From: an uncultured Candidatus Rokubacteria bacterium
GTDB taxonomy: Bacteria; Methylomirabilota; Methylomirabilia; Rokubacteriales; CSP1-6
DNA: 64,000 bases
Assembly (NCBI GenBank): GCA_963754315.1
Contig: CAVWFS010000002.1
Location: 1 to 64,000, forward strand
Direction: 5' to 3'
In this document: in pieces, positions 40,621-50,874 of the stretch
How the letters are laid out: every line of letters starts with the position of its first letter
Numbering within the stretch: the stretch's first letter is position 1
Program-made: the position numbers and the translations under genes
The notes under the pieces: generated by a model
Database searches by the model: none
What the model saw: only the letters and a program-made list of their open reading frames with translations
Told to the model about the DNA's origin: nothing

Positions 40621-40679
40621 GAACCTATCCTACATGAGCCGCCTCAAACACAAAGGGAAAATTACGGCGCGGGTCGCGA

Positions 40680-41036
40680 TCAGCGAACCACGATGCGCGG
40701 ACGGTTCTTCTCCCAGACCGCGTCTCCTACGCCCTCGACTTTCTTGATGTCATCGGGTTTCTTGAAGGGCCCCCGCGCCTCCCGGTGGGCCATGATGCGC
40801 TCGGCGGCTTTTCGGCCGACACCGGTGAGGGTCATCAACTCCTTCACGCCGGCCGTGTTGATGTTGACGGGTGTCTCGCTCGGAATCGCCACCACCCGCG
40901 CGGGACGATCCTTGGCTGAGGGTTCCGGGCGCGTGGCCGGGTCCTCCACACGTCGGGGACTCTCGGCGGTGGACGGCCAGGGCCCGGAGATCAGAGCGAG
41001 GAGCAGAGCGATGAGAGACGCGCGCATGGTGTTCAT
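40680..41036 (-). CDS. comEA: ComEA-like helix-hairpin-helix DNA-binding protein
   Basis: Signal peptide, VNINTA, LTGVG, GPFK and VEGVG. GGAGG RBS. Confidence 0.88.
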   Translation of the reverse strand: MNTMRASLIALLLALISGPWPSTAESPRRVEDPATRPEPSAKDRPARVVAIPSETPVNINTAGVKELMTLTGVGRKAAERIMAHREARGPFKKPDDIKKVEGVGDAVWEKNRPRIVVR

Positions 41037-41164
41037 AGGTGGTCTCCTCCAGGGAGCTACGGGTGAGCCGCACGCTCGATGGTGTCGAGCGCCACCATTC
41101 AAGCGAGAGCTCCCGGGGGGATCAATGTCCAGTGTTTCAGACACGCCGGACGGATACGTGTGCT

Positions 41165-41464
41165 TCAGTCGATACGGGAGAGTCTGTCGAGGTACTCCTG
41201 CCACTCCACGGGCAGCATGGACTTCTTGCGCGTGTTGCAGTCCTTGCAGGCGGGGACCACGTTGCCGCGGACACCTTTGCCGCCGCGTCCCAGCGGCACC
41301 ACATGGTCCATGGTGAGGGCAAGCCGGCCTACCCGTCCCCGGCAGTAGAAGCAGATCCCCGCCTCGATCCGCCTTTTCCACCACGGGCTCTGGCGAAGCT
41401 CGCGCGAGCGCATCCGCTCCCGCTTGAGAGCGTCGGTGTCCACCGGCACCCACCACTCACTCAT
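41165..41464 (-). CDS. Small HNH endonuclease
   Basis: CFYC, TMDHVVPLGRGG and NVVPACKDCN. Confidence 0.92.
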   Translation of the reverse strand: MSEWWVPVDTDALKRERMRSRELRQSPWWKRRIEAGICFYCRGRVGRLALTMDHVVPLGRGGKGVRGNVVPACKDCNTRKKSMLPVEWQEYLDRLSRID

Positions 41465-43346
41465 GGGCGACCACCCGCGCGGAGAGTTCCTCCCACTCGC
41501 GCAACAGTCCGGCCACCTGGGTCTCGGTATCGGCCCGCTCGCGCGTGGCCGCGCGCACCCGCTCGCCATCGGCGTAGAGCAGCGGATCGCCGAACACGGT
41601 CGTCAGCTCGGCCAGCCGCGCCTCCAGAGCGTGGATCTTCGCCTCGAGATCCCCGAGACGCTGGCGCAGCTCGCGTCCGCCGGACGAGCTGCGCGGACGA
41701 CGGGAGGGGGCGGCCACTCTGGCCGCCGGCGCCACGGTCTCCACGGCCGTCGGCACGTGACGGGCCTTGGCGTCGCGATAGTCGTCATAGCTGCCGAGGT
41801 AGGCCGTGAGCGCACCCCCCTCGACTTCCACGACCTTGGTGGCGATCCGATTGATGAAGTACCGGTCGTGCGAGATGAACACGATGGTGCCCGGGAAGGC
41901 GGCCAGCGCCTCCTCCAGCACCTCGCGGGAAGCCAGGTCGAGGTGGTTCGTGGGCTCGTCGAGGGCCAGCAAAGCGGCCGGCCGCACCAGCATTCTGGCC
42001 AGCGCCACCCGCGCCTTCTCCCCTCCCGACAGGACGGCAACCCGCTTGTCGACGTCGTCCCCGGAGAACAGAAACGCGCCGAGGATACTGCGCAAGCGGG
42101 TCTGGGTGGCCGTGGGTGCCACCGACTCCAGTTCCTCGAGCGCCGTGCGGGTCGGATCGAGGGCGTCGAGCTGGTGCTGGGCATAGTAGTGCACCGTCAC
42201 GTGCGTCCCCAGGACGCGTTCCCCCTTTTCGAAGGGCAGAACAGCGGCCAGGATTCGCAGCAAGGTCGACTTGCCGGCGCCGTTGGCTCCGACGAGGGCG
42301 ACCCTCTCCCCGCGCTCCACCTCGAAGCCGATCCCGGTGTAGACGACCTTGTCACCGTAGGCCTTGTGGACATCGCGCAGCGAGGCCACGCGTCGACCCG
42401 TCCGTGGAGGCTCGGGAAAGGCAAAATGAATCTTCCGCAGGGGGCCGGACAGCTCGATTCGCTCCACGCGCTCGAGCATCTTGATGCGGCTTTGCACCTG
42501 GCGCGCCTTGGAGGCCTTGTAGCGGAAGCGCTCGATGAAGCGCTCGACCTCCGCCACCCGCTTGGCCTGATTCCGGGCCCGGGCCTCGAGCAGCTCGCGG
42601 CGGGCGGCGCGCTCCACGAGGAAATCGTCGTAGTCGCCCTGGTAAATCGCGAGCCCCGACGGCCCCAGGTCGGCGATCGATGTCACCATGCGGTTCAGAA
42701 AGTACCGATCGTGGGCCACCACCACCACCGCTCCCTCGTAGCTCGTCAGGAACGTCTCCAGCCAGGCCAGCGACTCGAGGTCGAGATGGTTGGTCGGCTC
42801 GTCCAGCAGGAGCAGCGAGGGCCGCAACAGGAGCAGGCGGGCCAGCGCCGCTCGCATGCGCCAGCCTCCCGAAAACTCGACGAGCGGCCGGGCAATGTCC
42901 GCCGGCGAAAACCCGAGGCCAGCCAGGATGGCCTTGGCTTCCGTCTCGAGCCGGTATCCCCCCGCCGCCTCGAACCGTTGCTGGAGATCGCCGTACCGAT
43001 GGGTGAGCGCCTCATCGGGCGTTCTGGCCAGAGCCTCACCGACTTGCTCCATCTCGTGCTCGATGGCCCAGACATCGGCAAAGCCACTCAGCGCCTCCTG
43101 GAGGACCGAGCCGGCCGCCGAACCGGCTACCTCCTGCGGGAGGTAGCCGATCGACGCCTCTCGCGCCCGGACGACCCGTCCCTCATCCAGATCCTCGGTC
43201 CCGGCGAGAATGCGGCAGAGTGTGGTCTTCCCGGCGCCGTTGGGCCCGACCAGTCCGATGCGTTCTCCGCCGCTGATGCGCCACGTGAGATCGCGAAACA
43301 GGACCCGACCGCCGTAGCTCTTGGCCGCCCCCTCGATCTGGATCAC
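41457..43346 (-). CDS. ABC-F family ATP-binding protein
   Basis: Two ABC domains (GPNGAGKT, FSGGWRMR, LSGGEK, DEPTNHLD) and no transmembrane segments. Confidence 0.95.
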   Translation of the reverse strand: MIQIEGAAKSYGGRVLFRDLTWRISGGERIGLVGPNGAGKTTLCRILAGTEDLDEGRVVRAREASIGYLPQEVAGSAAGSVLQEALSGFADVWAIEHEMEQVGEALARTPDEALTHRYGDLQQRFEAAGGYRLETEAKAILAGLGFSPADIARPLVEFSGGWRMRAALARLLLLRPSLLLLDEPTNHLDLESLAWLETFLTSYEGAVVVVAHDRYFLNRMVTSIADLGPSGLAIYQGDYDDFLVERAARRELLEARARNQAKRVAEVERFIERFRYKASKARQVQSRIKMLERVERIELSGPLRKIHFAFPEPPRTGRRVASLRDVHKAYGDKVVYTGIGFEVERGERVALVGANGAGKSTLLRILAAVLPFEKGERVLGTHVTVHYYAQHQLDALDPTRTALEELESVAPTATQTRLRSILGAFLFSGDDVDKRVAVLSGGEKARVALARMLVRPAALLALDEPTNHLDLASREVLEEALAAFPGTIVFISHDRYFINRIATKVVEVEGGALTAYLGSYDDYRDAKARHVPTAVETVAPAARVAAPSRRPRSSSGGRELRQRLGDLEAKIHALEARLAELTTVFGDPLLYADGERVRAATRERADTETQVAGLLREWEELSARVVAHE

Positions 43347-43385
43347 GCCCTACCCCATGACACTTTCGCGAAGCTCCAGCACGTC

Positions 43386-43781
43386 CTACCCCATGGTCTG
43401 GACACGATCGGCCGCGATCTTCACGGTCACCCGCACCTCACCGGGCCGGCGGTACGGGTACGTGTCCTGTCCGAGGTATTTCTTGGCGAGCGAGTCGATG
43501 TGGGCGTCGGCGCCGCGTTCGGTCATCTCCACCACGCGGCCTCGTATCTGAAGATAGCGGTACGGGTTATCGGGATCCAGGATCGAGAGCGCCACCCGTG
43601 GATTCGCCTGGAGGTTCTTGTCCTTGACGCGGCCACGTGCGGTGTTGAAGCGCACATGGGTGCCGTCGAAGTCGACCCACACCGGCGTTGACTGCGGCGA
43701 GCCATCAGCGGAGACGGTCGCCAGGTGGGCAAAAGCCTTCTTCTCGAGGAGATCCCGGTAGTCGGCAGGAATGCTGGCCAT
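43386..43781 (-). CDS. PPOX-class (F420/FMN-binding) oxidoreductase
   Basis: AHLATV..DGSPQSTPVW, KDKNLQANPRVAL and LAKKYLG. Confidence 0.9.
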   Translation of the reverse strand: MASIPADYRDLLEKKAFAHLATVSADGSPQSTPVWVDFDGTHVRFNTARGRVKDKNLQANPRVALSILDPDNPYRYLQIRGRVVEMTERGADAHIDSLAKKYLGQDTYPYRRPGEVRVTVKIAADRVQTMG

Positions 43782-43793
43782 AATAAAATCTCC

Positions 43794-44327
43794 TTAGGAG
43801 CTTCCTTCGGGGTCAGGGTCCTTCGGGGGCGGCGCGAGGAGCTGAGTGGCGCGCGCTTCCGCCATCGTCCGCAGGGCGAAGAGCGTCCGTACGAGGCACT
43901 GCTGGACCAGCGCAAGATCCTTGCTGAACGGGTCGGCCAGCCACTCGCGCGTCCACGTTCCCTTCTCGGAGCTGAAGCCCAGGGTCGGAGACAACGCCTG
44001 CAGGCGCAGGAGCAGGTCGTCGGAAGGCAATCCTGACGCCCGGAGCTTTGCCACCACCGCCGTGCGCACGGCGGCGTTCCAGATACCGGTGAGGCCCTCC
44101 AGGAGGGCGCCATAGCAGGTCAGCTCTCCCTTGTCCTGAAACTGCTGCAGGACGGCTGGCACCAGGGCGTTCACAACGGCGTCACCCTCGTCGTCCACCC
44201 CGAAGAACGGACCGACAAGTGGATCCTGGTGAGGCGCCGCAAGACTCTGCAACAGCGCGATGGCCGAGGCAGCCGGCACGGGGTCGAGCTGGGCCAGACG
44301 CTCGAGCAGCGGCGCATCCCTGGCCAC
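43794..44327 (-). CDS. Hypothetical protein
   Basis: Coding-like C-terminal part of the track ORF. GTG start follows the MFS stop. Confidence 0.7.
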   Translation of the reverse strand: MARDAPLLERLAQLDPVPAASAIALLQSLAAPHQDPLVGPFFGVDDEGDAVVNALVPAVLQQFQDKGELTCYGALLEGLTGIWNAAVRTAVVAKLRASGLPSDDLLLRLQALSPTLGFSSEKGTWTREWLADPFSKDLALVQQCLVRTLFALRTMAEARATQLLAPPPKDPDPEGSS

Positions 44328-44329
44328 GG

Positions 44330-45742
44330 CTAGCTCCCGACCCCCGTGGGCTCGCCACGCATCTCGGCCCGTGCGAGCTCCTGCGCTCGACCGGCAGGAA
44401 CCAGAAAGGCGGACAGGAAAGCGGCGCCGCACACGATCGCTCCCGCCACGAAGACACCGTGGAGCGCAGACCCGATGGCCATACCCTCCTGGAGCCGCTG
44501 GGTCATGATCGTCCCCATCACGGAGAGACCGATCGCGCCGCCGACCGTGCGGAAGAACTGGATCACCGAGGTCGTCGCCCCGAGGTCGTGACGGGGAACG
44601 GCGCTCTGGGCGGCGATCAGCATCGGAACGAATACGAGGCCCATGCCGATGCCCGCCAGGAGCGAATGCGCCATGGCCGCCCCTGGCGTGAGCGCCTCCG
44701 TCCAGCTGGCGAAGAACAGGAACGCCACCGTGAGGCACGCCATGCCAGCCACCACCAGGCTCCGGTAGCCCAGTCGCAAGACGAGGCGCGCGCTCGTCGC
44801 CGACATGCTGACCCAGCCAAGGACGAAGGGGGTCAGCACGAAGCCGGCGGTCGTGGCCGATGTCTCGAGCACGGCCTGCATGAAGAGCGGGATGAACGAG
44901 ATGGCGCCGAACATGGCCATGCCCGAGAGGCATCCCGTGACGAGAGCGGCCAGCACCATGCGATTGCCGAACAGACGCAGGGGGACGATGGGCTCCCGCG
45001 CGCGCCGCTCTGCCCTCACAAAACCCATGAGGACCACGCCGGCCAGGACGAGCAGCCCGATCACCTCGACCCGCAGCCACGACCCGCCGCGGCCTGCCTC
45101 GGCCACGCCGAGCAGCAAGGCCGTGACGCCGGTCGCGAAGAGGCAGAGTCCGGGATAGTCGATGGTGAGGGGCCGGCGCTGGACATTCTCCCGGGCAAGG
45201 CCGCTCGCGATCAAGGCCATGGCCAGCAGTCCAAACGGCAGGTTGATGAAGAAGACCCAGCGCCAGGACGCATGATCGCTCAGCGCGCCGCCCAGGAGCG
45301 GACCGATCAACGCGGCCAGTCCCCACACACCCGAGATGTAGCCCTGCTTCTTGGCCCGCTGCTCGAGCCCGTACAGGTCCCCCACGATCGTCATCCCGAC
45401 CGTGATGAGCGAGCCGGCGCCGAGCCCCTGCAGCATGCGAAAGGCGATGAGCTGCCCCATGTTCTGCGCGAACCCTGACAGGCCTGAGCCCACCAGGAAG
45501 AAGCACATCCCCATCACGTACACGGGGCGCCGACCGATCAGATCGGACAGGCGGCCCCAGAGCGGCATGGTCACCGTCGAGGTGAGCAGAAAACCCGAGA
45601 AGACCCAGGAGTAGATTTCCATCCCCCCGAGCGCCGCCACCACCGTGGGCATGGCCGTCGCCACCACCGTCGACTCCATCGCCGCCAGGAAGATGGAGAG
45701 CATGACGCCGAGGAAGACGCGACGGCGGGCTTCGGGATCCAT
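44330..45742 (-). CDS. MFS drug:H+ antiporter (DHA2-like)
   Basis: [17 protein letters not shown] and [10 protein letters not shown]. Confidence 0.93.
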   Translation of the reverse strand: MDPEARRRVFLGVMLSIFLAAMESTVVATAMPTVVAALGGMEIYSWVFSGFLLTSTVTMPLWGRLSDLIGRRPVYVMGMCFFLVGSGLSGFAQNMGQLIAFRMLQGLGAGSLITVGMTIVGDLYGLEQRAKKQGYISGVWGLAALIGPLLGGALSDHASWRWVFFINLPFGLLAMALIASGLARENVQRRPLTIDYPGLCLFATGVTALLLGVAEAGRGGSWLRVEVIGLLVLAGVVLMGFVRAERRAREPIVPLRLFGNRMVLAALVTGCLSGMAMFGAISFIPLFMQAVLETSATTAGFVLTPFVLGWVSMSATSARLVLRLGYRSLVVAGMACLTVAFLFFASWTEALTPGAAMAHSLLAGIGMGLVFVPMLIAAQSAVPRHDLGATTSVIQFFRTVGGAIGLSVMGTIMTQRLQEGMAIGSALHGVFVAGAIVCGAAFLSAFLVPAGRAQELARAEMRGEPTGVGS

Positions 45743-45745
45743 CCC

Positions 45746-46072
45746 TCAGTGCCCCCCGGTGCAGCCCGCACACTTGCAGAGGGCGCGCAGATCGGCATAC
45801 GGCCACAGGCTCTGGTGGGCATCTGCCCACACCACGCGCAAGCCCCCGTCGGTCTTCACGATGTCCTTGGGCCATCCCTGGGCGGGGGTGAGCGCCGGCA
45901 GCTCCGCGCAGGAGCCGCACGAGCAATCGTGTCGCAGGCGATCGAAGGGAAAGATGCTTCCATGGTTGTCGGACCACGTGACGCCCACCGCGTAGCGGCC
46001 CACGAGATGGACGTCCTTGGGCACGTTGGGATCAGGCTGCCCGAGCAGGGGCAGCAGCACCTTCTTGTTCAC
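45746..46072 (-). CDS. DUF971 (GBBH-like N-terminal) tandem-domain protein
   Basis: Two repeats: WSDNH..IFP..RLR..CSCGSC and WADAH..LWPY..LRALCKCAGC. Confidence 0.8.
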   Translation of the reverse strand: MNKKVLLPLLGQPDPNVPKDVHLVGRYAVGVTWSDNHGSIFPFDRLRHDCSCGSCAELPALTPAQGWPKDIVKTDGGLRVVWADAHQSLWPYADLRALCKCAGCTGGH

Positions 46073-46989
46073 GCGGCCCCTCCCGCCTGGGGTCGTGCGA
46101 GCCGCAGGCCAGCCAGGAGGTAGTGCACAGCCAGAGTCTGGTGCTGGCCCCACACCTGGGCGCGGCGGCGGATCGCTCGTTCGCTGAGCGCCCGACCGCG
46201 CGGATGGCTTGCCGCGAACGCCTTCCGCACTGCGAGATCGCCGGCCGGGCACACGTCGCCTCGGCCAAGGCATCGGGCGAGAAACCAGTCCGCTGTCCAG
46301 CGGCCCAGCCCGCGCTGGGCCGTGATGACCTCGATGACCTTCGCGCTGGCCACGCCGAGCAGGCCGTCGAGGTCCAGGGCACGCGAGACCGTCGCACGGG
46401 CGAGATCGCGGATGTACTCGGCCTTGCGCGTCGAGAACTGCATGGCGCGCAACGTGGCCAGGCGGCTCTGCGCAAGGGCGGTCGCCGTCGGGAAGGCATG
46501 GACCGTCTGGCCATCGAGCCGGGCGGGCTCGCCGTAGTGTCGAACCAGACGCGCGCGCAATGCAAAGGCAAAGGACAGGTTGACCTGCTGCGCGGTGATC
46601 GCGCCGACCAGCATCTCGAGCGGGCACGGGGTCACGGTTGGTCGAAGTCCGTACAGCGGCTCGATCAGGCTCGCCAGAGCAGGATCCGCCTTGGCCATGC
46701 GATAGAACTCGGGGAGATCGAAGCCGAGCCCGAAGATGAGCCGGACTTCGGCTGCCACCCCGTCGGCGAGGTGAGGGCCGCGCGCCCCAGGAATCTCCAC
46801 GACCAGCTGAGCGGCGTCGACGGGACCTACCGCGCGAACCGTGTAGGGCCAGAGACGGTCCCCATCCCGACGGACGCGCAGGAACGTATCCCCGACGAGA
46901 CGATTGGCGGGATCCTCGCCCCACAGCCGGTAACGCGCCAGCGTCTTCGACACATCGAGCGGACCTTCCACGGCGAGCACGATCTTCAT
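46069..46989 (-). CDS. alkA: DNA-3-methyladenine glycosylase II
   Basis: AITAQQVNL, FPTA, RGLGRWTA and PAGDLAVR (HhH-GPD). Confidence 0.9.
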   Translation of the reverse strand: MKIVLAVEGPLDVSKTLARYRLWGEDPANRLVGDTFLRVRRDGDRLWPYTVRAVGPVDAAQLVVEIPGARGPHLADGVAAEVRLIFGLGFDLPEFYRMAKADPALASLIEPLYGLRPTVTPCPLEMLVGAITAQQVNLSFAFALRARLVRHYGEPARLDGQTVHAFPTATALAQSRLATLRAMQFSTRKAEYIRDLARATVSRALDLDGLLGVASAKVIEVITAQRGLGRWTADWFLARCLGRGDVCPAGDLAVRKAFAASHPRGRALSERAIRRRAQVWGQHQTLAVHYLLAGLRLARPQAGGAA

Positions 46990-47031
46990 GCGGCGAACCC
47001 CTGAAGTGTACCAGAGTGGATTGAGGCGGCT

Positions 47032-47176
47032 TTGGGGGAGCCCTTTTCGAGACCCCAGTCGCTTGGGGGCCCTTTCGAGGCCCCCGCAACGAGCGTGTTC
47101 CAGAGGGGCGCCACGGGTTTCCCGGGGCGTCCCGAACATCCGGGGGGCTCTTGGGGGGCCCTTTCGGGGCCCCCCA
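47032..47176 (-). repeat. Composite palindromic (REP/BIME-like) repeat, copy 1
   Basis: Reverse complement of the 52693-52905 units (GGGGGGCC..GAAAGGGCCCCCC and GGGACGCCCCGGGAAACCCGTGGCGCCCC). Confidence 0.85.
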
Positions 47177-47181
47177 CCAGG

Positions 47182-49002
47182 TCAATGCTTCAGGTGGTAG
47201 GGGACGTCGGTCACGATCACGTTCCTCCGGAAGAGCATGGAAGCCTTCACGAGCAGGGCGGTCTGGTTGTGGAGCAGATGGTGCCACCAGACCCGTGGCA
47301 CGAACTCCGGAAGAATGATGGTGACGATGTGGTCATCATCATGGCCTTGCAGGTGATCGATGTACTCGCGCAGCGGCCCCATCAGCGACCGGTAGGGGGA
47401 AGCCAGGACGATGAGGGGTACGCCCATGCCCCACTTGCCCCATTTCTCTTCCAGGCGGTGAGTCCGTTCGGGATCGACCTCGATGAAGACGGCCTTCGCG
47501 TTCGGGGAGAGCGACTGCGCATACTGGAGCGCACGCACCACGCCCCGGTGGAGATCGCCGACCAGCACCAGCACGGTATTGCTGATGGGAGGCGGCGCGA
47601 CCATTCCGTCCGTCGAGAGCTGACGAGCCACCTCCTGGTAGTGACGATGGACGACCAGGAAGATGACCACCAGGGCCGGGAGAAGCACGACGACGATCCA
47701 GGCGCCGAGGACGAACTTGGTGACCGCGATGGTCAGCATGACGACGGCGGTCACCACCGCTCCCACGCCGTTCAGCCAGATTCGCCACCGCCACCCCTCC
47801 TCCTTCAGGGTGAGCCAGCGCCGCACCATCCCGCTCTGCGAGAGCGTGAACGACAGGAACACGCCCACGGCGTAGAGCGGGATGAGGGCGTGCGTGTCGC
47901 CGCTGAACGCGATGAGGAGCAACCCGGCCAGGCCTCCCAGGATGATGATGCCGTTGGAGAAGACCAGCCGGTCGCCCTGCGTCCCGAACTGGCGCGGGAT
48001 GAAGCGGTCACGCGCCAGGAAGAAGCACAGCCGCGGAAAGTCGGCGAAGGCGGTGTTGGCGGCCAGGAGCAGGATGAGCATGGTGGCCGCCTGGATGCCG
48101 TAGTAGACCGCGCCCGTCCCGAACAGGTGGCGGCCAAGCTGCGAGACCACCGTCTGTTCCGGGTTCGGCTTGATGCCGAAGTCGTAGGTGAGATAGGTGA
48201 TCCCGAGGAAGAGGACGATCAGGATCGCGCCGAGCCAGGCCAGAACCCTGCGCGCATTCTGCGCCTCCGGGGACTTGAAGGCAGTGACTCCGTCCGACAC
48301 CGCCTCCACCCCCGTGAGGGCCGCACAGCCTGAGGAGAAGGCGCGCAGGATCAGGAACAGTCCGATCCCTTCGAGACCCGGGGGATGCGGCTGGTAGGGC
48401 GCCTCGGGCACGAAATTGAAAATGGCCCCCAGGGTGCCATAGACAATCATGCCCCCGAGGCTGAGGATGAAGAGGTAGGTGGGCACCGCAAAGAACTTTC
48501 CCGACTCCCGGATTCCGCGCAGGTTGGCGAGCGAGATGATCACGACCGACGCGAGGCAGAGCAAGACGCGCCAGGGATACAGCGCGGGAACCGCGGACGT
48601 GATGGCCGCGACACCGGCCGCCACGCTCACCGCCACCGTGAGCACGTAATCGGTCATGAGGGCGGCCCCGGCCACCAGGCCCGGCAACGTGCCGAGGTTG
48701 TCCTTGGTCACGAGGTAGGCGCCCCCGCCCTTCGGATAGGCCCGGATGGTCTGGCTGTACGAGCTCACCACGATGGCGATCAGCGCGCAGATGGCGATCG
48801 CAATCGGAAGCGAGTAGCTGAGAGCGACCGAGCCCGCCAGGATGAGCACGAGCAGGATCTCCTCCGTGGCGTAGGCCACCGAGGACAGGGCGTCGGAGGC
48901 GAAGACAGCCAGGGCGGTGCGCTTGTTCAGACGCTCGTGACGGGACTGGGCGGTCGGAAGGGGGGACCCGACGAAGATCCGCTTCAACCGTGAGGTCGGC
49001 AC
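47182..49002 (-). CDS. APC/KUP family transporter, KimA (YdaO)-like, paralog 1
   Basis: ASDALSSVAYATEE, TDYVLT, TGVEAV, ALIPLYAVGVF, SPYRS and LHNQTA. Confidence 0.9.
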   Translation of the reverse strand: MPTSRLKRIFVGSPLPTAQSRHERLNKRTALAVFASDALSSVAYATEEILLVLILAGSVALSYSLPIAIAICALIAIVVSSYSQTIRAYPKGGGAYLVTKDNLGTLPGLVAGAALMTDYVLTVAVSVAAGVAAITSAVPALYPWRVLLCLASVVIISLANLRGIRESGKFFAVPTYLFILSLGGMIVYGTLGAIFNFVPEAPYQPHPPGLEGIGLFLILRAFSSGCAALTGVEAVSDGVTAFKSPEAQNARRVLAWLGAILIVLFLGITYLTYDFGIKPNPEQTVVSQLGRHLFGTGAVYYGIQAATMLILLLAANTAFADFPRLCFFLARDRFIPRQFGTQGDRLVFSNGIIILGGLAGLLLIAFSGDTHALIPLYAVGVFLSFTLSQSGMVRRWLTLKEEGWRWRIWLNGVGAVVTAVVMLTIAVTKFVLGAWIVVVLLPALVVIFLVVHRHYQEVARQLSTDGMVAPPPISNTVLVLVGDLHRGVVRALQYAQSLSPNAKAVFIEVDPERTHRLEEKWGKWGMGVPLIVLASPYRSLMGPLREYIDHLQGHDDDHIVTIILPEFVPRVWWHHLLHNQTALLVKASMLFRRNVIVTDVPYHLKH

Positions 49003-49041
49003 GGTCTCAGATCATACGCCCGGGAGGACCTCCAAGACCCG

Positions 49042-50865
49042 TCAGCGCTTCAGATGGTACGGAACGTCGGTGACGACGACGTTCCTGCGGAAGAGGAGGG
49101 CGCCCTTGACGAGAAGGGCGGTCTGGTTGTGGAGCAAGTTCTGCCACCAGCGGGCGGGGATGAATTCGGGAATGATCATCGTCACCACGTGCTGCTCCCG
49201 ATGCTCCTGCAGGTGGTCGATGTACTCGAGCAAGGGGCTCAGCAAGGACCGATATGGAGACGTGAGGACGATCAAGGGAGCGCCCATCCCGTACTTTCCC
49301 CAGCGTTCCTCCAGGCGGTGGGTCCGCTCCGGATCGACCTCAACGTAGACCGCCTTGGCGCTCGGCGAAAGCGCCTGGGCGTACTGGATGGCCTCCACCA
49401 CTCCGCGGTGGAGATCGCCGACCAGCACCAGCACGGTGTGCTCCTTGGGACGCGGGGGGTCGAAGCCGTCGAGGGAGAGCTGACGGGCCACGTCGTCGAA
49501 GTGGCTCTTGATGGCACGGAAGGTCATGACGAGGCCCGCGAGAAGGACCACGACGATCCAGGCTCCGTCGGCGAACTTGGTCGCGGCCACCACCACCAGG
49601 ACGAGGGCGGTGGTGGCCGCCCCCGCGCCATTGAGAACGCTGCGCCACCACCAGCCGGGTGGGCGCTGCTGGAGCCAGCGCCGCACCATGCTGGTCTGGG
49701 ACAAGGTGAACGAGGTGAAGACGCCGACGGCGTAAAGCGGGATGAGGGCGTGCGTGCTGCCATAGAAGAGCATGATCAGCACGGCCGCGGTCACGGCCAG
49801 GATCACCACCCCGTTCGAGTAGACGAGCCGATCGCCCCGGTTGCGAAATTGCCGCGGCAGATAGCCGTCACGCGCCATGAAGAAGGCGAGCCGGGGAAAG
49901 TCGGCGAAGGCGGTGTTGGCCGCCAGCACGAGGATCAGCATGGAGACGGTCTGGACGTAGTAGTAGGCGGGACCACCGCCGAAGACCGCCCACGCGAGCT
50001 GGGACACCACGGTCTCTTGCTCGTCCGGGACGACCCCGTACAGCACGCAGAGCGTCGTGGTGCCCAGGAACAGGGTGACCATGATGATCCCGAGAATGGT
50101 CAGCACGGCTCGGGCGTTGACGACCTCCGGGGGCTTGAAGGCCGGAACACCGTCGGCCACCGCCTCGATCCCGGTCAGCGCCACCGCTCCCGAGGCGAAC
50201 GCCCGCAGGACGAGCACCGCCGTGAGGGCGCCTGCCGGTTCCACCGGAAGCACAGGACGGGAGGCGATCGGGACCTCTCCGAACACGTAACGGAAGAATC
50301 CGAGCCCCGTGAGCACGAGAAAGCCCGCGATGAAGAGGTACGACGGAAAGGCGAAGAGCTTGCCCGACTCACGGAGCCCTCGCAGATTGCCTACGGCGAT
50401 GAGGGCGATGGCGGCCACGCACAGTCCTACCCGATACGGATAGAGGGCCGGCACGGCCGAGGTGAGGGCAGCGATTCCGGCCGAGACGCTGACGGCCACC
50501 GTGAGGGTGTAGTCGATGAGCAAGGCCGCCCCCGCCGTCAAGCCGGCCAGCGGGCCCAGGTTGTCCTTGGCCACGATGTAGTCGCTGGCGCCCTGCGGGT
50601 ACGCGAGGATCGTTTGCCGGTACGAGCTGATGACGATGGCGATCACCACGGCGATGGCCACGGACACCGGCACGGCCAGGACCATCGCTGCCGCGCCGGC
50701 CACCACCAGCACCCGTAAGATTTCTTCCGAGGCATAGGCGACCGACGACAGGTTGTCGGACGCGAACACGGCCAGGCCGAGGGGTTTCGAGAGGCGCTCG
50801 TGCCGAGCCTGTGCCGTCGGGATCGGCTGCCCTACCAGAACCCTCTTTAAGTTGTGGAGCCTCAC
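49042..50865 (-). CDS. KimA-like transporter, paralog 2
   Basis: ASDNLSSVAYASEE, IDYTLT, TGIEAV and LHNQTA. Confidence 0.9.
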   Translation of the reverse strand: MRLHNLKRVLVGQPIPTAQARHERLSKPLGLAVFASDNLSSVAYASEEILRVLVVAGAAAMVLAVPVSVAIAVVIAIVISSYRQTILAYPQGASDYIVAKDNLGPLAGLTAGAALLIDYTLTVAVSVSAGIAALTSAVPALYPYRVGLCVAAIALIAVGNLRGLRESGKLFAFPSYLFIAGFLVLTGLGFFRYVFGEVPIASRPVLPVEPAGALTAVLVLRAFASGAVALTGIEAVADGVPAFKPPEVVNARAVLTILGIIMVTLFLGTTTLCVLYGVVPDEQETVVSQLAWAVFGGGPAYYYVQTVSMLILVLAANTAFADFPRLAFFMARDGYLPRQFRNRGDRLVYSNGVVILAVTAAVLIMLFYGSTHALIPLYAVGVFTSFTLSQTSMVRRWLQQRPPGWWWRSVLNGAGAATTALVLVVVAATKFADGAWIVVVLLAGLVMTFRAIKSHFDDVARQLSLDGFDPPRPKEHTVLVLVGDLHRGVVEAIQYAQALSPSAKAVYVEVDPERTHRLEERWGKYGMGAPLIVLTSPYRSLLSPLLEYIDHLQEHREQHVVTMIIPEFIPARWWQNLLHNQTALLVKGALLFRRNVVVTDVPYHLKR

Positions 50866-50874
50866 AGCGCCGCC

